Source of the DNA: SAR202 cluster bacterium
Lineage (GTDB): Bacteria > Chloroflexota > Dehalococcoidia > Lucifugimonadales > UBA826
Direction of reading: 5' to 3'
Length of the DNA stretch: 64,000 nt
Assembly: GCA_022447825.1 (NCBI GenBank)
Contig: JAKUTY010000005.1
Location: forward strand, 1,373-65,372
Shown piece after piece: positions 1-9,278 of the stretch (its first letter is position 1; each line of letters begins with the position of its first letter). Position numbers and translations under genes: made by a program. The notes under the pieces were generated by a model. The model did not search any database and was not told the DNA's origin. It saw only the letters and a program-made list of their open reading frames with translations.

Positions 1-773
1 AAATCTTCTTGTTTTTCAAACATTGGATCTATTGTTGCAGTAAGCTCCCCATGGCCAGTTAAGTAATAAATTATTTTCTTTTGTGCTCCAGTAGAAATTA
101 ATATTCCAGTGATAAATTCTTGTTCAGTGAAATTCGTTACTATATGGTTTTGTTCATCGTTATAGGAAAACACTACTGATGGATACTTTGTTACTCCAAA
201 ATTTAAAGCTTCAGATCTGTTGATTTCAGGGTCTACAAACCTATATGAAAAATTATCAGATTTTCTACTAAATTCATTAAGTATGTCTTCTACAGTAGTT
301 TTTGTATTTTCGCTGGCAGTATTTTCAACAAAGAAAGCGTGTGCAACCACTTCTTGATTTTGTTTTTCGAGCTCGTTAAGTACACTCACAGTTTGAGGGG
401 ATAGTGTGAAAAATCTAGTTGCTGTGACGTCAATTCTGTTTGGATTAGTGAACATAAAATAGTTTGTAATTAATAAAATTACAAATACAGCTAAAGTCAT
501 TAATGCAGCGTTTAATCCAAATCTCCCTCTACGGCCTGATACAAATATTGCTATAGCCCTCGGAGAAAGCCCAATAGCTATAAACATTAAAATTGCTCCC
601 AAAGAAGTTACTAGCAGCAGCACATCTGACATTTCGTCAAATGTGAGATATAAACCTCCACCTAATAGGAAAGCAAAAACTCCTGTTACTCCTGAGACTA
701 GACTCCAAAAAGAAGTAGACTTGATCAAATTGAATAATATTGAGAGGTAACTTTTTTCTTGCAATGGGTTCAT
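1..773 (-). CDS. GldG-family ABC transporter auxiliary component (partial, runs off left edge)
   Basis: Not in ORF track; translated by hand from ATG at 773 (TAATG overlap with permease stop): MNPLQEKSYL..., N-terminal TM helices, then RIDVTATRFFTLSPQT, FVDPE and IYYLTGHGE motifs typical of GldG/ABC_transp_aux proteins. Confidence 0.85.
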   Translation of the reverse strand, partial: MNPLQEKSYLSILFNLIKSTSFWSLVSGVTGVFAFLLGGGLYLTFDEMSDVLLLVTSLGAILMFIAIGLSPRAIAIFVSGRRGRFGLNAALMTLAVFVILLITNYFMFTNPNRIDVTATRFFTLSPQTVSVLNELEKQNQEVVAHAFFVENTASENTKTTVEDILNEFSRKSDNFSYRFVDPEINRSEALNFGVTKYPSVVFSYNDEQNHIVTNFTEQEFITGILISTGAQKKIIYYLTGHGELTATIDPMFEKQED

Positions 774-1486
774 TATCGCCACCGTCTAGTTTCTAAAGAA
801 CGGATTGTTAAGAATAGGAAAATGATTATCAAGCTTAGGAAGTAAATAATATGACTAGTGTCAATAATTCCTCTAGAAAAGTCAGTTAATCTTTGGTCCA
901 TTGATAGTGCATTCAAAAAGTTAGCAGCTGTGCCTTCAACAAGTGATGCTACAGCGTCAATAAATGAGAATATGACTAGAATAGCAATTGATACTACTGC
1001 GGCTACAATCTGGTTGCCTGAAAGAGATGACCCTAAAATTCCAATTGATAAAGCTGCAGCTCCGTGTAATACCAATCCTAAATATGTGCTTAATATAGGT
1101 CCTGTGTCAGGTTGTCCAAATAAATATAGTAATAGTACGTAATATAAGGTGGCAGACTGAATAAATAAAAGCATAAACAAACTAGCTAAATATTTTCCGA
1201 CAACGACTTCCCATTCTCTTACTGGAGAAGTTAACAATAATTCAAGAGTACCAAGTTTTTGTTCTTCTGAAAGTAATTTCATTGTAATTAGAGGTGCTAA
1301 AAATATTATAAAAGAGCCTGACCAATTTGAGATTCCTCTAACACTAGCTTCTGCAAAAGGTCTTGTAATATCGAATACGAAAAAAACTCCGGTGAGTACC
1401 AAAAACATCGCTCCAACAATGTAAGCAGAGGGAGTTGAAAAGTAAGATCTTGTCTCTCTAAAAGTTATTGCAATTAAGTTTTTCAA
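773..1486 (-). CDS. ABC-2 type permease (GldF-like)
   Basis: Multiple TM helices, RETRSYFSTP, LSEEQKLGTLELLLTSP, VVGKYLA, C-terminal LETRRWR. Confidence 0.9.
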   Translation of the reverse strand: MKNLIAITFRETRSYFSTPSAYIVGAMFLVLTGVFFVFDITRPFAEASVRGISNWSGSFIIFLAPLITMKLLSEEQKLGTLELLLTSPVREWEVVVGKYLASLFMLLFIQSATLYYVLLLYLFGQPDTGPILSTYLGLVLHGAAALSIGILGSSLSGNQIVAAVVSIAILVIFSFIDAVASLVEGTAANFLNALSMDQRLTDFSRGIIDTSHIIYFLSLIIIFLFLTIRSLETRRWR

Positions 1487-1503
1487 TTAATATTTCCTGC
1501 TAT

Positions 1504-2442
1504 TTATTCTTCATGTACAGTAATTTTTAAAAATATTTCTTCAAGTGACATGCCAATAGATTGTAATTTAAGGAGTTCCCATTGGTTTTCTAGTACCACA
1601 GATGCTAATTGAGATCGGATTTCTGATCCAACATCAACTGAAATTTGATATCTATGATAACCACTCCCAGTAATCGGGACTCTTTCAACTGCATTGACAT
1701 GATCTACCTTCTCTAATACTGGAATAATTTCTTGATTAGGCCCTTTTATTTCAATTTCAACTCTTTCTACTCCAGACAGGTTTGTGCCTAAGTTTTTCGG
1801 GTTATCTACTGCAGCAATTTGACCTTCATTGATAATAATTACTCTGTCACAAATCATACTAACTTCGGGTAGTATGTGCGAACTTAAAATCAGAGTATGA
1901 GCCTCTCCCAATCCTTTTATTAATTGCCTAGTTTCAACTACTTGAATTGGGTCAATGCCGATGGTTGGTTCGTCCAAAACTAGAACATCAGGTTCATGAA
2001 GAATTGCCTGGCTAATTCCAACTCTTTGTTTATAACCTTTAGATAATTTTCCGATAATAGTTTTGTAATAGTCTTGAAGACTGCAAATTTCAACCACCTC
2101 AGAAATTCTTTGTGTTATTTTTTTTGAATTCATTCCACGGATTTGACCCATGAATGAAAGATATTCTGATACATTCATTTCCAAATATAAAGGTACGGTC
2201 TCTGGAAGATAACCTATGTGTTTCCTAGCATTTAAAGATTCCTCTAAGATGTCAAATCCGGCAATCTCCACTGTTCCAGAAGAGGGTGGCATGAATCCAG
2301 TTAGGATTTTCATAGTTGTGGATTTACCTGCACCGTTGGGCCCTAAAAATCCTAAAATTTCACCTTTAGGAACTTCAAAGCTCAAGTTAGTGATTGCTGG
2401 GAATTCACCATAAAATTTTGTAACGTTATCTACTTTTATCAT
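1504..2442 (-). CDS. ABC transporter ATP-binding protein (GldA-like)
   Basis: Walker A GPNGAGKST, signature LSKGYKQR, Walker B LVLDEPT, SSHILPEV. Confidence 0.95.
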   Translation of the reverse strand: MIKVDNVTKFYGEFPAITNLSFEVPKGEILGFLGPNGAGKSTTMKILTGFMPPSSGTVEIAGFDILEESLNARKHIGYLPETVPLYLEMNVSEYLSFMGQIRGMNSKKITQRISEVVEICSLQDYYKTIIGKLSKGYKQRVGISQAILHEPDVLVLDEPTIGIDPIQVVETRQLIKGLGEAHTLILSSHILPEVSMICDRVIIINEGQIAAVDNPKNLGTNLSGVERVEIEIKGPNQEIIPVLEKVDHVNAVERVPITGSGYHRYQISVDVGSEIRSQLASVVLENQWELLKLQSIGMSLEEIFLKITVHEE

Positions 2443-2557
2443 TTATAAAAATTATTATTATTCGATTACTAGCTTCAAATAGTAATTCAATAAAAAATTA
2501 TGTTCAAGCAGAAACGGTATGCTTGCATGATAAAATTCTACTATTAGAGAGTAAAAG

Positions 2558-3742
2558 TTGAAAAATGAACAAATTTATCTAGATCATGCGGCTACAACAC
2601 CATTACGAAAAGAGGTGTTAGATTCCATGATGCCATTTTTAGTAAATGATTTTGGAAATCCATCAGCTCTTTATCAGCAAGGTCAAATTGCTCGAAAAGC
2701 TGTAGATGAATCTAGAGAATTAATTGGAGAAATTCTTGGTGCTAGGGTAGGGGAAATAGTAATTACTAGTGGTGGCACTGAATCAGATAATGCCGCAATT
2801 AAAGGTTCGGCTTTAGCTATGAGGAAGTATGGGAATCACATAATTACTTCCCAAATTGAGCATGAAGCTGTTTTGAATTCTTGTGAACAATTGATAGATT
2901 TTGGATTTGATATTACATTTTTGCCTGTCGATTCTGATGGTTTAATCAATCCTGACGATGTAATTAAAGAAATACGTTCTGAGACAATCTTAATTAGTCT
3001 TATGATGGCAAATAATGAAATAGGGACTATACAGCCTATAAAGGCCATTTCACAAAAAATTAAATTGGAATCAGAAAAAATTGGACATCCAATTTTATTC
3101 CATACTGATGCGGTTCAGTGTGTGGGTTCTTTAGATGTTAATTTCAAAGATTTAGAAGTAGATTTATTAAGCCTTTCAGCTCATAAATTTCAAGGTCCTA
3201 GGGGTGTTGGTGCTTTATTGATTAAGCGAAATACTCCGTTTTTACCATTATTGACAGGTGGTGGCCAAGAAAGAGATCGTCGTTCTGGAACTGAAAATGT
3301 AGCAGGAATTGTAGGTATGGCTAAAGCACTACAATTATCTAACCTAAACAAAGATTTGGTTAATGAAAAATTAATTGTTTTAAGAGATAAGATTATTGAA
3401 GAGGTATTGAAGTCAGTTAAAGGTAGTTTTTTGAATGGTCATCCCACCCAAAGACTGCCCAATAATGTTAATTTTTCTTTTGATTCAGTAGAAGGTGAGC
3501 CTATATTGCTTGGTTTGGATTTTGCTGGAATTTCAGCATCTAGTGGTAGTGCCTGTTCCGCTTCAGTCAATAAGCCGTCTCATGTTTTGTTAGCTATTGG
3601 TAGAAATAATGAGCTTGCACAAAGTGCTTTGCGAATCACATTAGGTCCAACTAATACTGAAGAAGAAGTGGAATACTTCTTAAAAATTCTGCCAGAATTA
3701 ATAACCAAGTTAAAATCTATGCCATCATTACAAAAATCTTGA
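2558..3742 (+). CDS. iscS: Cysteine desulfurase (IscS/NifS, group I)
   Basis: [27 protein letters not shown] lysine in SAHKF, catalytic SSGSACS. Confidence 0.93.
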   Translation: MKNEQIYLDHAATTPLRKEVLDSMMPFLVNDFGNPSALYQQGQIARKAVDESRELIGEILGARVGEIVITSGGTESDNAAIKGSALAMRKYGNHIITSQIEHEAVLNSCEQLIDFGFDITFLPVDSDGLINPDDVIKEIRSETILISLMMANNEIGTIQPIKAISQKIKLESEKIGHPILFHTDAVQCVGSLDVNFKDLEVDLLSLSAHKFQGPRGVGALLIKRNTPFLPLLTGGGQERDRRSGTENVAGIVGMAKALQLSNLNKDLVNEKLIVLRDKIIEEVLKSVKGSFLNGHPTQRLPNNVNFSFDSVEGEPILLGLDFAGISASSGSACSASVNKPSHVLLAIGRNNELAQSALRITLGPTNTEEEVEYFLKILPELITKLKSMPSLQKS

Positions 3743-3806
3743 TTTTAATGTTATTGATTGAAAATTAATTGTTAGGTACGATAATGGTTTATATGATGGG
3801 TGAAAA

Positions 3807-4388
3807 ATGAAGATTTATATTTGTTTATTAATTTCAATGTTTTTTTTAGTATCTTGTGAGTCTATTGAAGAGATTAATCCTTTATCAGGAGATTCTCGAG
3901 AATATCCCTTTGCTTCTGCAGGTAGGAATATAGAAGTTCATGCTAAAGAACCACGAGTAGTAGACATAGCATATTTTACAGATTCAGTTACTGATCCTAA
4001 TGGTTTATTAGTATCTAAAAAATTTGAATTGACTCCATCAGCTTCTAATAAACAGCTTGTTTTATTAGATTTAATGATAGTGAACAGATCTAGTACTGTT
4101 ATCCCTATGCTTTTTGATGAAGATGCAGTCAGAATAGGGGACCGTAGAGGTAAAAGAATAGAAGCATCAAATCCATATCAAATCGCAAAAGAATTAAATT
4201 TACAAACTGATATCGTGGGAACTGAGGTTAATCAGCTTGTATGGGGAGATATTGAATTGCCTCGTCAGACTCAAATTGGTGGAACTATGATTTTTGAAGT
4301 CCCTAAAGGATTATTACTAGGTACTTTGTTTTGGGATGAGATAGAATTCATTCCAATAGATTATATTGATTACAAGAAAAACAAATAA
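3807..4388 (+). CDS. Hypothetical lipoprotein (possible DUF4352-like beta-sandwich)
   Basis: Signal peptide with lipobox LVSC; C-terminal GGTMIFEVPKG resembles DUF4352-type proteins (family call tentative). Confidence 0.6.
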   Translation: MKIYICLLISMFFLVSCESIEEINPLSGDSREYPFASAGRNIEVHAKEPRVVDIAYFTDSVTDPNGLLVSKKFELTPSASNKQLVLLDLMIVNRSSTVIPMLFDEDAVRIGDRRGKRIEASNPYQIAKELNLQTDIVGTEVNQLVWGDIELPRQTQIGGTMIFEVPKGLLLGTLFWDEIEFIPIDYIDYKKNK

Positions 4389-4397
4389 GGAGTAACT

Positions 4398-4727
4398 ATG
4401 TCAGATCCTGTAGAAATTACTGATGAAAATTTTCAAACAGAGGTATTAAACTCTGAGACTCCCGTGTTGGTAGATTTTTGGGCTGATTGGTGTCAGCCCT
4501 GTAAAATGATAGCTCCAGTTGTAGAACAAATTGCTGAAGAATATGACGGTAAGGTCAAAATAGGTAAATTAGATGTTGATACTAATCAACAGACATCTCA
4601 AGCTATGGGTATTAGAGGAATTCCTGCATTAATTATTTTTAATAACGGTAAACCTGTAGATCAAATAATAGGTGTTGTTCCAAAATCAATAATTCAGAAA
4701 AAAATAGATGAGGTTTTAGCCTCTTAA
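4398..4727 (+). CDS. trxA: Thioredoxin
   Basis: VLVDFWADWCQPCKMI, cis-Pro in RGIP; RBS AGGAG upstream. Confidence 0.95.
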   Translation: MSDPVEITDENFQTEVLNSETPVLVDFWADWCQPCKMIAPVVEQIAEEYDGKVKIGKLDVDTNQQTSQAMGIRGIPALIIFNNGKPVDQIIGVVPKSIIQKKIDEVLAS

Positions 4728-4731
4728 TTTT

Positions 4732-4829
4732 GGGGGCGGATGGGGCCTGGTGGTCCCCGCGGACTTCAAATCCGTTGGCAGCGGTCCTTCGATTGGTGCG
4801 GTGGGTTCGACTCCCTCGCGCTCCCGCCA
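4732..4829 (+). tRNA. selC: tRNA-Sec (anticodon UCA)
   Basis: 98 nt; 6-bp D stem GGGGCC/GGTCCC with 4-nt loop; anticodon arm GCGGA-CTTCAAA-TCCGT (TCA at 4766-4768); long variable arm; GGTTCGACTCC T-loop; G discriminator plus CCA. Confidence 0.93.
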
Positions 4830-4844
4830 CACTGGTGAAATTTT

Positions 4845-5315
4845 ATGGGAAAGAAATACTGGCTAATGAAATCGGAACCGGATGATTACTCTATTGATGA
4901 TTTGATAAATGAAGAAAATTCTACTGCCGAATGGGATGGTGTAAGAAATTATCAGGCAAGAAATTACCTTCGTGACCAAATTAAAGTTGGAGATGAGGTC
5001 CTCTACTATCATTCAAATTCCAAACCTTCTGGAGTAATAGGTACTGCAGAGGTGGTTAAGAATGGTTACCCTGATTTTACAGCCTGGGACCCAAATTCAA
5101 AGCACCCTGATTTTAAAAGTACTCCTGAGTCACCCATTTGGTATATGGTCGATATTAAGGCTACCAAAAAATTCAACCAAATAATTTCATTGCAACAAAT
5201 TAAGCAAATTCCTGAATTGTCTCAAATGGTCCTAGTAAAAAATTCTAGGCTTTCTGTTCAACCTGTTACTTCTGAAGAATTTGAAATAATTGATCAAATT
5301 GGTTCAAAAAAATAA
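4845..5315 (+). CDS. EVE domain protein (THYN1-like)
   Basis: YWLMKSEP, WDGVRNYQARN, GDEVLYYHS, RLSVQPV. Confidence 0.93.
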   Translation: MGKKYWLMKSEPDDYSIDDLINEENSTAEWDGVRNYQARNYLRDQIKVGDEVLYYHSNSKPSGVIGTAEVVKNGYPDFTAWDPNSKHPDFKSTPESPIWYMVDIKATKKFNQIISLQQIKQIPELSQMVLVKNSRLSVQPVTSEEFEIIDQIGSKK

Positions 5316-5320
5316 AAAAT

Positions 5321-5755
5321 TTAATTTTGAATAAATTCAATCCAATTTCCTTCAGGATCCTGACAGTAACAAATTCCCTTTTCTCTACCATCTTCAGTAA
5401 TAGTCATAATGGGAGGGGTCACAAAATTAACACCTTTAGACAGAAGATCTTTATATAGATCTTCTATCTTTTCCACATTGAAACATATATGAGATGCTCC
5501 TAATTGATGGCGTTCCAAGTGACCTGAAGGGCTTTTAGGATTAATAAAATATACTAGCTCAAGTGTATGTTCTCCTCCTTTACCCACAAAAATTAAAGTT
5601 CTGTGAGCACCTGGGATTCCTGTATGGTCGCCACTCTCTGGAGCACGACTATCAACTTCACGTTCTATTTTTAACCCTAAATCATCTCTATAAAAAGAAA
5701 TCATTTTCTCTAAATTTTTTACTACAAATCCAGAATGATTAAATCCTGTAATCAT
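5321..5755 (-). CDS. VOC/glyoxalase family protein
   Basis: FNHSGFVV, FYRDDLGL, LELV, SHICFNV, DPEGNWIEF metal-ligand pattern. Confidence 0.9.
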   Translation of the reverse strand: MITGFNHSGFVVKNLEKMISFYRDDLGLKIEREVDSRAPESGDHTGIPGAHRTLIFVGKGGEHTLELVYFINPKSPSGHLERHQLGASHICFNVEKIEDLYKDLLSKGVNFVTPPIMTITEDGREKGICYCQDPEGNWIEFIQN

Positions 5756-5790
5756 TGGTCCTCCATTCTAATTAAATAATTGCAAATAAT

Positions 5791-6063
5791 ATGTATGAAA
5801 TGTACCCTACACACATGGAAAAAATTAAACAAATATTTAGAATCCCCTACATTTGGGGAGGTTTAGCTTTATTGAACGGTCTTGTTTTTGCAGCTCAATC
5901 TATTTCTGTATGGATTGTTGCAATTTTGATGCTCGTATTTTTAGGATTCTTGAAAATTCAAGGTGAAGCGCAACAATCTACTGAAGGTAAAATATTTGCA
6001 GGCGGTCCGTTGATAATGGTTGGGTGGATAGTTGGGTTTTCTGTTCGAGGAATAATTTTATAG
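5791..6063 (+). CDS. Small hypothetical membrane protein
   Basis: About three hydrophobic segments; fills the gap between convergent genes; start may be 5815. Confidence 0.65.
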   Translation: MYEMYPTHMEKIKQIFRIPYIWGGLALLNGLVFAAQSISVWIVAILMLVFLGFLKIQGEAQQSTEGKIFAGGPLIMVGWIVGFSVRGIIL

Positions 6064-6135
6064 AAAATGTCTATAAACCTCAAAAAAAAGACGCGTTTAC
6101 TTGACGCTTTGCATACTACAGGGGGTTTTTCGGAT

Positions 6136-8190
6136 TTAAAGCGCTCTATGGCCGAAAATCGAATCCTCTAGTAGATTTACTGAGTTTATAGGAAGTTCGC
6201 AGTTGTAATTGTTACAAATGAACACTGTGGATCGATCTTCGATAGGACTTCTTTCATTGAATAGGGGAGATATTATTTCTGAACTCTTTTTATATTTAGG
6301 GAATGAAGCATTCCCTACTATTACCTTATTTGGGATAAATTTTTTGTAAATAATTTTTTGCATATCTGAAATAGAAGAGAAGTCGTAAGACAATAAACAA
6401 ACTTGAACAGTGTCGTTGTTGTGCATCAGGAGTACTTTCAACCAATTTGAAAAACCGCTTGGGAAATCCCCAATCAAACGACCAATAATTGAATATTGAG
6501 ATATTAATATATCTAAATATTCATGGTTATTGGTTATTGAGTGTAGTTTTTGTAATGCTTTTACTGCTTCAGAAATACCGGAAGGGGTGGCGTTGTCATA
6601 AAAATTGATGGGGTCAACTATCAGTTTTTCTCCATGCTTTGGGGAGTCAGTAAAAGTATTCTTTTTCTGGTCATAAAAACTTGAGATCATTGTTTCTGTG
6701 AGATCGATAGCCTTGCTGAGCCATGTGGGATCAAGGGTTGCTTCGTGTAAAGTAATAATTGTGTTAATTAAAGACGAATAATCTTCTAAAAAGGCGTAGC
6801 CAGACACCTTATTTTGCTTGAAAGAGCGAAAAAGTCCATTATTGTTTTCGGAAATTTCTAATATCGATTTTGTGTTTAGTTTAGCAATTTCAAGGTGTTT
6901 TTCAATGCCAAAATATGTGTATGAGGTTAAGAATGCTTGGCTGGTGATAGCATTCCATGATGTGATGTGCTTTTCGTCGGTAAATGGGCGTGTTCTCAGG
7001 CGTCTTATGCTGCTTAGTTTTGACCTTATATTCTCGAGGGTCGCGTTTTGAGTGAGGAAGCCTTGGTTAGTGTTGGATGTTGAATACCTTAATATGTTTT
7101 TGTTCTCAAAGTTCCCTTCGTCAGTGATGTCAAAATTTTGTTGGAGTATCAAAAACTCTTCTGGTGTAAGTGCCTCTGCAATATGTTTTGTGTGCCATGT
7201 GTAATACTTTCCTTCTTCTCCATCAGTGTCTGCGTCTTGGGCTGAGTAAAAGAGGCTCGTATTGGGGTCCATCATTTCATTTTCTATGTATGAAAGTATA
7301 TCTATTGCTGCATTTTTGAATTTAATGTTATTTGTGACGATAAAGCATTGAATTAATGCTGGGACGATTAATGCATTGTCATAGAGCATTTTTTCAAAAT
7401 GTGGAATAGTCCATGACGGTTCTGTGGAATATCTGTGAATTCCTCCGCCGATGTGATCATATATCCCTCCGGAAATTATCGAATTCAATGAGTTTTCTAC
7501 CATATTTATCGCTTCAGAGTCGGGGTTGTAGAAGTGGTAGCTTAGTAAAAAGTCGTAAATTTGCGGTTGAGGAAACTTGAGAGTTTTACCGAACCCTCCG
7601 TTTTCTTTATCGAAGTCCTGAAGCAGATTGTTGTAAGCTTCATCAGTTATATCGGTTAGTGAAATGGTTGATTCATTGGATCTGGGGATAGATATTTTTG
7701 ATACATGCTCAACTATTTGTTTTGAGGAGAGTTCGATGTCCTTTTTTCGGTTTTTGTAGGCATCTGTAATTGATTGAAGTAATTGTGTGAAACTAGGCAT
7801 TCCTTGTTTAGGGTAGGGAGGGTACTCTGTCCCTCCAAAAAAAGGCATTTTTTCTGGTGTTAGAAATACTGTTAGTGGCCATCCTCCTTGTCCGCTCATT
7901 GATTGGACAGCAGACATGTATATTGAATCTAAGTCAGGTCTTTCTTCTCTATCGACTTTGATTGATACGAAGTTTTGGTTCATCAGGTCGGCAGTTGCGA
8001 GATCTTCGAAAGATTCAGACTCCATTACGTGGCACCAATGGCACGAAGAGTATCCAATACTTAATATAACGGGTACGTCCCTCTTTTTGGCTTCCTGAAA
8101 CGCCTCTTCTCCCCAAGGAAACCAATTTACCGGGTTGGTGGCATGTTGGATTAAGTAGGGGCTGGTTTCGTGAATTAGTCTGTTAGGCAC
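6136..8190 (-). CDS. Thioredoxin-domain protein DUF255 / YyaL (SPATA20-like)
   Basis: [61 protein letters not shown]. Confidence 0.93.
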   Translation of the reverse strand: MPNRLIHETSPYLIQHATNPVNWFPWGEEAFQEAKKRDVPVILSIGYSSCHWCHVMESESFEDLATADLMNQNFVSIKVDREERPDLDSIYMSAVQSMSGQGGWPLTVFLTPEKMPFFGGTEYPPYPKQGMPSFTQLLQSITDAYKNRKKDIELSSKQIVEHVSKISIPRSNESTISLTDITDEAYNNLLQDFDKENGGFGKTLKFPQPQIYDFLLSYHFYNPDSEAINMVENSLNSIISGGIYDHIGGGIHRYSTEPSWTIPHFEKMLYDNALIVPALIQCFIVTNNIKFKNAAIDILSYIENEMMDPNTSLFYSAQDADTDGEEGKYYTWHTKHIAEALTPEEFLILQQNFDITDEGNFENKNILRYSTSNTNQGFLTQNATLENIRSKLSSIRRLRTRPFTDEKHITSWNAITSQAFLTSYTYFGIEKHLEIAKLNTKSILEISENNNGLFRSFKQNKVSGYAFLEDYSSLINTIITLHEATLDPTWLSKAIDLTETMISSFYDQKKNTFTDSPKHGEKLIVDPINFYDNATPSGISEAVKALQKLHSITNNHEYLDILISQYSIIGRLIGDFPSGFSNWLKVLLMHNNDTVQVCLLSYDFSSISDMQKIIYKKFIPNKVIVGNASFPKYKKSSEIISPLFNERSPIEDRSTVFICNNYNCELPINSVNLLEDSIFGHRAL

Positions 8191-8211
8191 CGTCAGTCCT
8201 GAGTTTTTAGA

Positions 8212-8288
8212 TGGTGTCCCAGGAGGGAGTCGAACCCACGACCTACAGATTAGAAGTCTGTCGCTCTATCCAGCTGAGCTACTGGGAC
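8212..8288 (-). tRNA. tRNA-Arg (anticodon UCU)
   Basis: Reverse complement GTCCCAGTAGCTCAGCTGGATAGAGCGACAGACTTCTAATCTGTAGGTCGTGGGTTCGACTCCCTCCTGGGACACCA; cloverleaf with encoded CCA. Confidence 0.96.
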
Positions 8289-8418
8289 ACTTTTAGATAA
8301 TATTTTCGCTTCTTTATCATGACGCGTCAATGTTGGGGTTGTGATTAATGACGTTAAGCACATGGATTTTATTTTTTGAAATAATTAGAAATGTCCAAGA
8401 AAAGATTGAAAAAAACAA

Positions 8419-8447
8419 TTGACATAGTTTAAAACAATAAATATTAT
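8419..8447 (+). promoter_or_regulatory. sigma70-type promoter of small HTH gene
   Basis: TTGACA (8419-8424), 17-nt spacer, TATTAT (8442-8447); RBS GGAGGT at 8465-8470. Confidence 0.6.
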
Positions 8448-8474
8448 CTAAGTCCAATGATTTTGGAGGTTTAT

Positions 8475-8705
8475 ATGTCCAATCGGAAAACAAGAAAAAT
8501 GTTAGCTGTAGAAGAACGTTTTCGTCAGCCTTTAGAAAAGATGTTGCCAGAAATGGTTACTGAACAAGGTTTGACTGCTACTGCTGATTATCTTGGTGTT
8601 AGTAAAGCAACTTTAGGTTATTGGTTGTTAAAATTTCGAATTGACGTACGCAGAGTTGCCTTAGCTCCCGGTGATACTATGCAAGTTTATAGGATTGATG
8701 ATTAA
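8475..8705 (+). CDS. Small helix-turn-helix DNA-binding protein
   Basis: GLTATADYLGVSKATLGYWL HTH pattern; start moved to ATG 8475 behind GGAGGT. Confidence 0.8.
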   Translation: MSNRKTRKMLAVEERFRQPLEKMLPEMVTEQGLTATADYLGVSKATLGYWLLKFRIDVRRVALAPGDTMQVYRIDD

Positions 8706-8845
8706 TGACTACAAACAGAGATGAAAAATTGAATAAAACCCCTGATATATTAGTTGAGAGTCCTTTACTAGATTCACAATTATTAAAGCTCAGGATCGAC
8801 CAAGATCCTAAAAAGTTTGGCTTTCTCTTTTTAGGGCGCTTCTAG
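8705..8845 (+). CDS. Possible 46-aa small protein
   Basis: ATG overlaps HTH stop (TAATG); MTTNRDEKLNKTPDILVESPLLDSQLLKLRIDQDPKKFGFLFLGRF; overlaps smpB 3' end by 38 nt. Confidence 0.35.
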   Translation: MTTNRDEKLNKTPDILVESPLLDSQLLKLRIDQDPKKFGFLFLGRF

Positions 8846-9269
8846 CTTCTCTTGCCTGATCTCTAGTTTTGATTAAATTTCTTTTATCGAAGTTTTTTCT
8901 CCCTTTGCCTATTCCGATAAGTATTTTTGCGTAATGTCCCGATATGTACATCTTTAATGGTACTAGGGTTGATCCATTTTGTTCTGATGCTGCAATAAAC
9001 TTTTTTAATTCTTTTCTGTGCAATAAAAGTTTTCTGCTTCTCATTGGGTCTGATGTGTTTGCTGCAAATGGATAGGGTGCTATATGCATATTATGAAGCC
9101 ATAACTCTCCCTTAATAGGGTATGCATAAGACCCAGTTAGGTTTGCCCTGTTTTCTCGTATAGATTTTATCTCTGAAGAATTCAGTACTAATCCAGCCTC
9201 GATAGTTTCTGTGATATCGTAATCAAAATTAGCCTTTTTATTGGTGATGAGGATTTTGTTTTGTTTCAT
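8808..9269 (-). CDS. smpB: SsrA-binding protein
   Basis: NKKANFDY, EAGLVL, EIKSIR, RKLLLHRKE, GKGRKNFDKR. Confidence 0.95.
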   Translation of the reverse strand: MKQNKILITNKKANFDYDITETIEAGLVLNSSEIKSIRENRANLTGSYAYPIKGELWLHNMHIAPYPFAANTSDPMRSRKLLLHRKELKKFIAASEQNGSTLVPLKMYISGHYAKILIGIGKGRKNFDKRNLIKTRDQAREARSALKRESQTF

Positions 9270-9278
9270 ATGTAAATA

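Noticed and set aside
4639-4830. 63-aa minus-strand ORF
   Set aside because: Antisense reading of tRNA-Sec and the trxA end.
6064-6135. att-like copy of tRNA-Arg 3' end or a small ORF
   Set aside because: No match to the tRNA 3' sequence; the 34-codon ORF lacks an RBS and overlaps the convergent gene.
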